A stretch of DNA of 16,902 nt. Source: Candidatus Hydrogenedentota bacterium. GTDB lineage: Bacteria > Hydrogenedentota > Hydrogenedentia > Hydrogenedentales > SLHB01. The DNA lies in contig JAWXCN010000107.1 in assembly GCA_034408725.1 (NCBI GenBank), positions 1-16,902 of the forward strand, in the 5' to 3' direction. A program made the position numbers and the translations under genes. Every line of letters begins with the position of its first letter. Position 1 is the first letter of the stretch. This document shows, one piece after another, positions 15,705 through 16,902 of the stretch. The notes beneath the pieces were generated by a model. That model did not search any database and had not been told where the DNA came from. It was given only the letters and a program-made list of their open reading frames with translations.

Positions 15705-16902
15705 TCAGAGTGCGGGAAGACTTGCGGCCGCAATGGATTGTCCGACGCGCCGGGCCTTTTCGTCCGGAAGCTGCACCTTCAGGCGTTCTGCGAGCGATTG
15801 AAATTCCTCGCGCAGCACGCTGGTTGCGCCTTCAACGATGAGATCGCCGCCGCGGCCCGATGTGCAGCGGCCGAGCACGAGTACATGCTTCAATTCGTAA
15901 AAGTCCGCGTAGTGCGCAATGCCATACCCCATATACACACCCATCGTGCGCCAGATATTCATCGCGCCCGGATGCCCGGCTTCCAGGTATTGTTGGACAT
16001 GTTTCAGTTTTTCCGCGTCGGTGACGTTGTCAGGCAGCGCAATGCCGGCCTTCGGCGCAAGCCGGAAGACACACTGCTGCGAAAAATACAGGGCGCCCAC
16101 TCCGCGGTCGCCGCTCCATTCATCGATAGGGGCTTCGGGGCTGTAGTCCACGGGGGCAAACGCGAGTTCGTTGAGCCAACCGGTAATGTTGCCGTCCATG
16201 CTCACGTACCCGCCGGCTTCACTGGAACCCAGCGCAATGCCGAGCACGCCATTGTCTTCGAGCGACATCGAGCCCGCGAGCGCGGTGACATCGCCGTCGT
16301 TGGCGACTTCAACCGGCACGCCGAATTCTTTGCTGATGCGCACGAAGATGTCGCGAACTTCGCCGAAGCGTTCCTTTGGCACCGAGCGGAACAGCGACGC
16401 GATCATCGGGCGGCTGTTGATGATGACGCCGGCGCTGCTTCCGCCGATGGCATCCACCTTCGGCATTTTTGATGCGGCTGTCTTCAACGCCGCCAGAATC
16501 TCGTTGTAGTGATACGCGGGGTCGCTATGTTTGCGAGGTTCCCATACGACTTCCTCGCTGAAAATCGCCTTACCGTTAACCACGGCCGAAACCTTGCGGT
16601 CCGACGCGCCGAGGTCGAATCCGATGCGATAGCCATCAAGATGGCGGCCGAGGGGCTTCGTCGTTTCCTTCGCCGGGGGCGCCTGCGCGGCGTCGCACGC
16701 AACGATCGTAAATGCGCGCTCGCAGACGTCTTGCCCCATGAACCGAAAGTCGAATGCGCGCTCGCCTTCTGGTGAATAGCAGCGGCGAAGATGTTCCGCG
16801 ATGGATTTCGGGCCGCCCACGTATACGCGCCAACCGCCACGCTGCCACAGCAGGAATTTCAGGAGCCGTTCGGCATACATGAAGTTCGCGCGCGCGCGCG
16901 AA
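15705..16902 (-). CDS. ROK-family (sugar kinase/regulator fold) protein, atypical; 5' end outside the window
   Basis: IGFDLGASDRK (phosphate-1 loop), AIGGSSAG, VANDGDVTALAG, GIALGSSEAGG and GWLNELAF. The frame stays open upstream of Met 16880 (SRARANF) to the edge. Confidence 0.85.
   Translation of the reverse strand, partial: SRARANFMYAERLLKFLLWQRGGWRVYVGGPKSIAEHLRRCYSPEGERAFDFRFMGQDVCERAFTIVACDAAQAPPAKETTKPLGRHLDGYRIGFDLGASDRKVSAVVNGKAIFSEEVVWEPRKHSDPAYHYNEILAALKTAASKMPKVDAIGGSSAGVIINSRPMIASLFRSVPKERFGEVRDIFVRISKEFGVPVEVANDGDVTALAGSMSLEDNGVLGIALGSSEAGGYVSMDGNITGWLNELAFAPVDYSPEAPIDEWSGDRGVGALYFSQQCVFRLAPKAGIALPDNVTDAEKLKHVQQYLEAGHPGAMNIWRTMGVYMGYGIAHYADFYELKHVLVLGRCTSGRGGDLIVEGATSVLREEFQSLAERLKVQLPDEKARRVGQSIAAASLPAL

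Noticed and set aside
2040..16472. Long alternative-frame ORFs (e.g. 2040-2906, 3518-4252, 5511-6308, 6265-7401, 9980-10672, 15600-16472)
   Set aside because: They overlap well-supported genes on the opposite strand and lack motifs, as expected from stop-codon scarcity in GC-rich DNA.

Overview
GC-rich bacterial chromosomal segment with 14 protein-coding genes, two of them cut by the window edges. From left to right: (i) the 5' part of a minus-strand Hanks-type Ser/Thr kinase that the ORF track missed; (ii) a minus-strand three-gene sugar operon (L-fucose/L-arabinose-isomerase-family protein, Gfo/Idh/MocA oxidoreductase, lone RbsC-like ABC permease) with short tandem repeats in one intergenic gap; (iii) an AT-rich divergent promoter region with a perfect 17-bp palindrome; (iv) a plus-strand run of membrane PAS-PAS hybrid histidine kinase, NAD-dependent epimerase, divergent YchF-like ATPase and RecQ; (v) a convergent, tightly packed minus-strand operon of atypical ROK-family protein, GNAT acetyltransferase, PIG-L deacetylase and a BtuF/D/C-like ABC importer. 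I found no rRNA, tRNA, CRISPR array or transposase. The best candidates for uncharacterised biology are the ROK/GNAT/PIG-L/ABC operon, the YchF variant with altered switch motifs, the sugar operon of unknown substrate, and the CACGAAG and AATCNAA repeat footprints. All functional calls come from reading motifs by eye; no searches were run.
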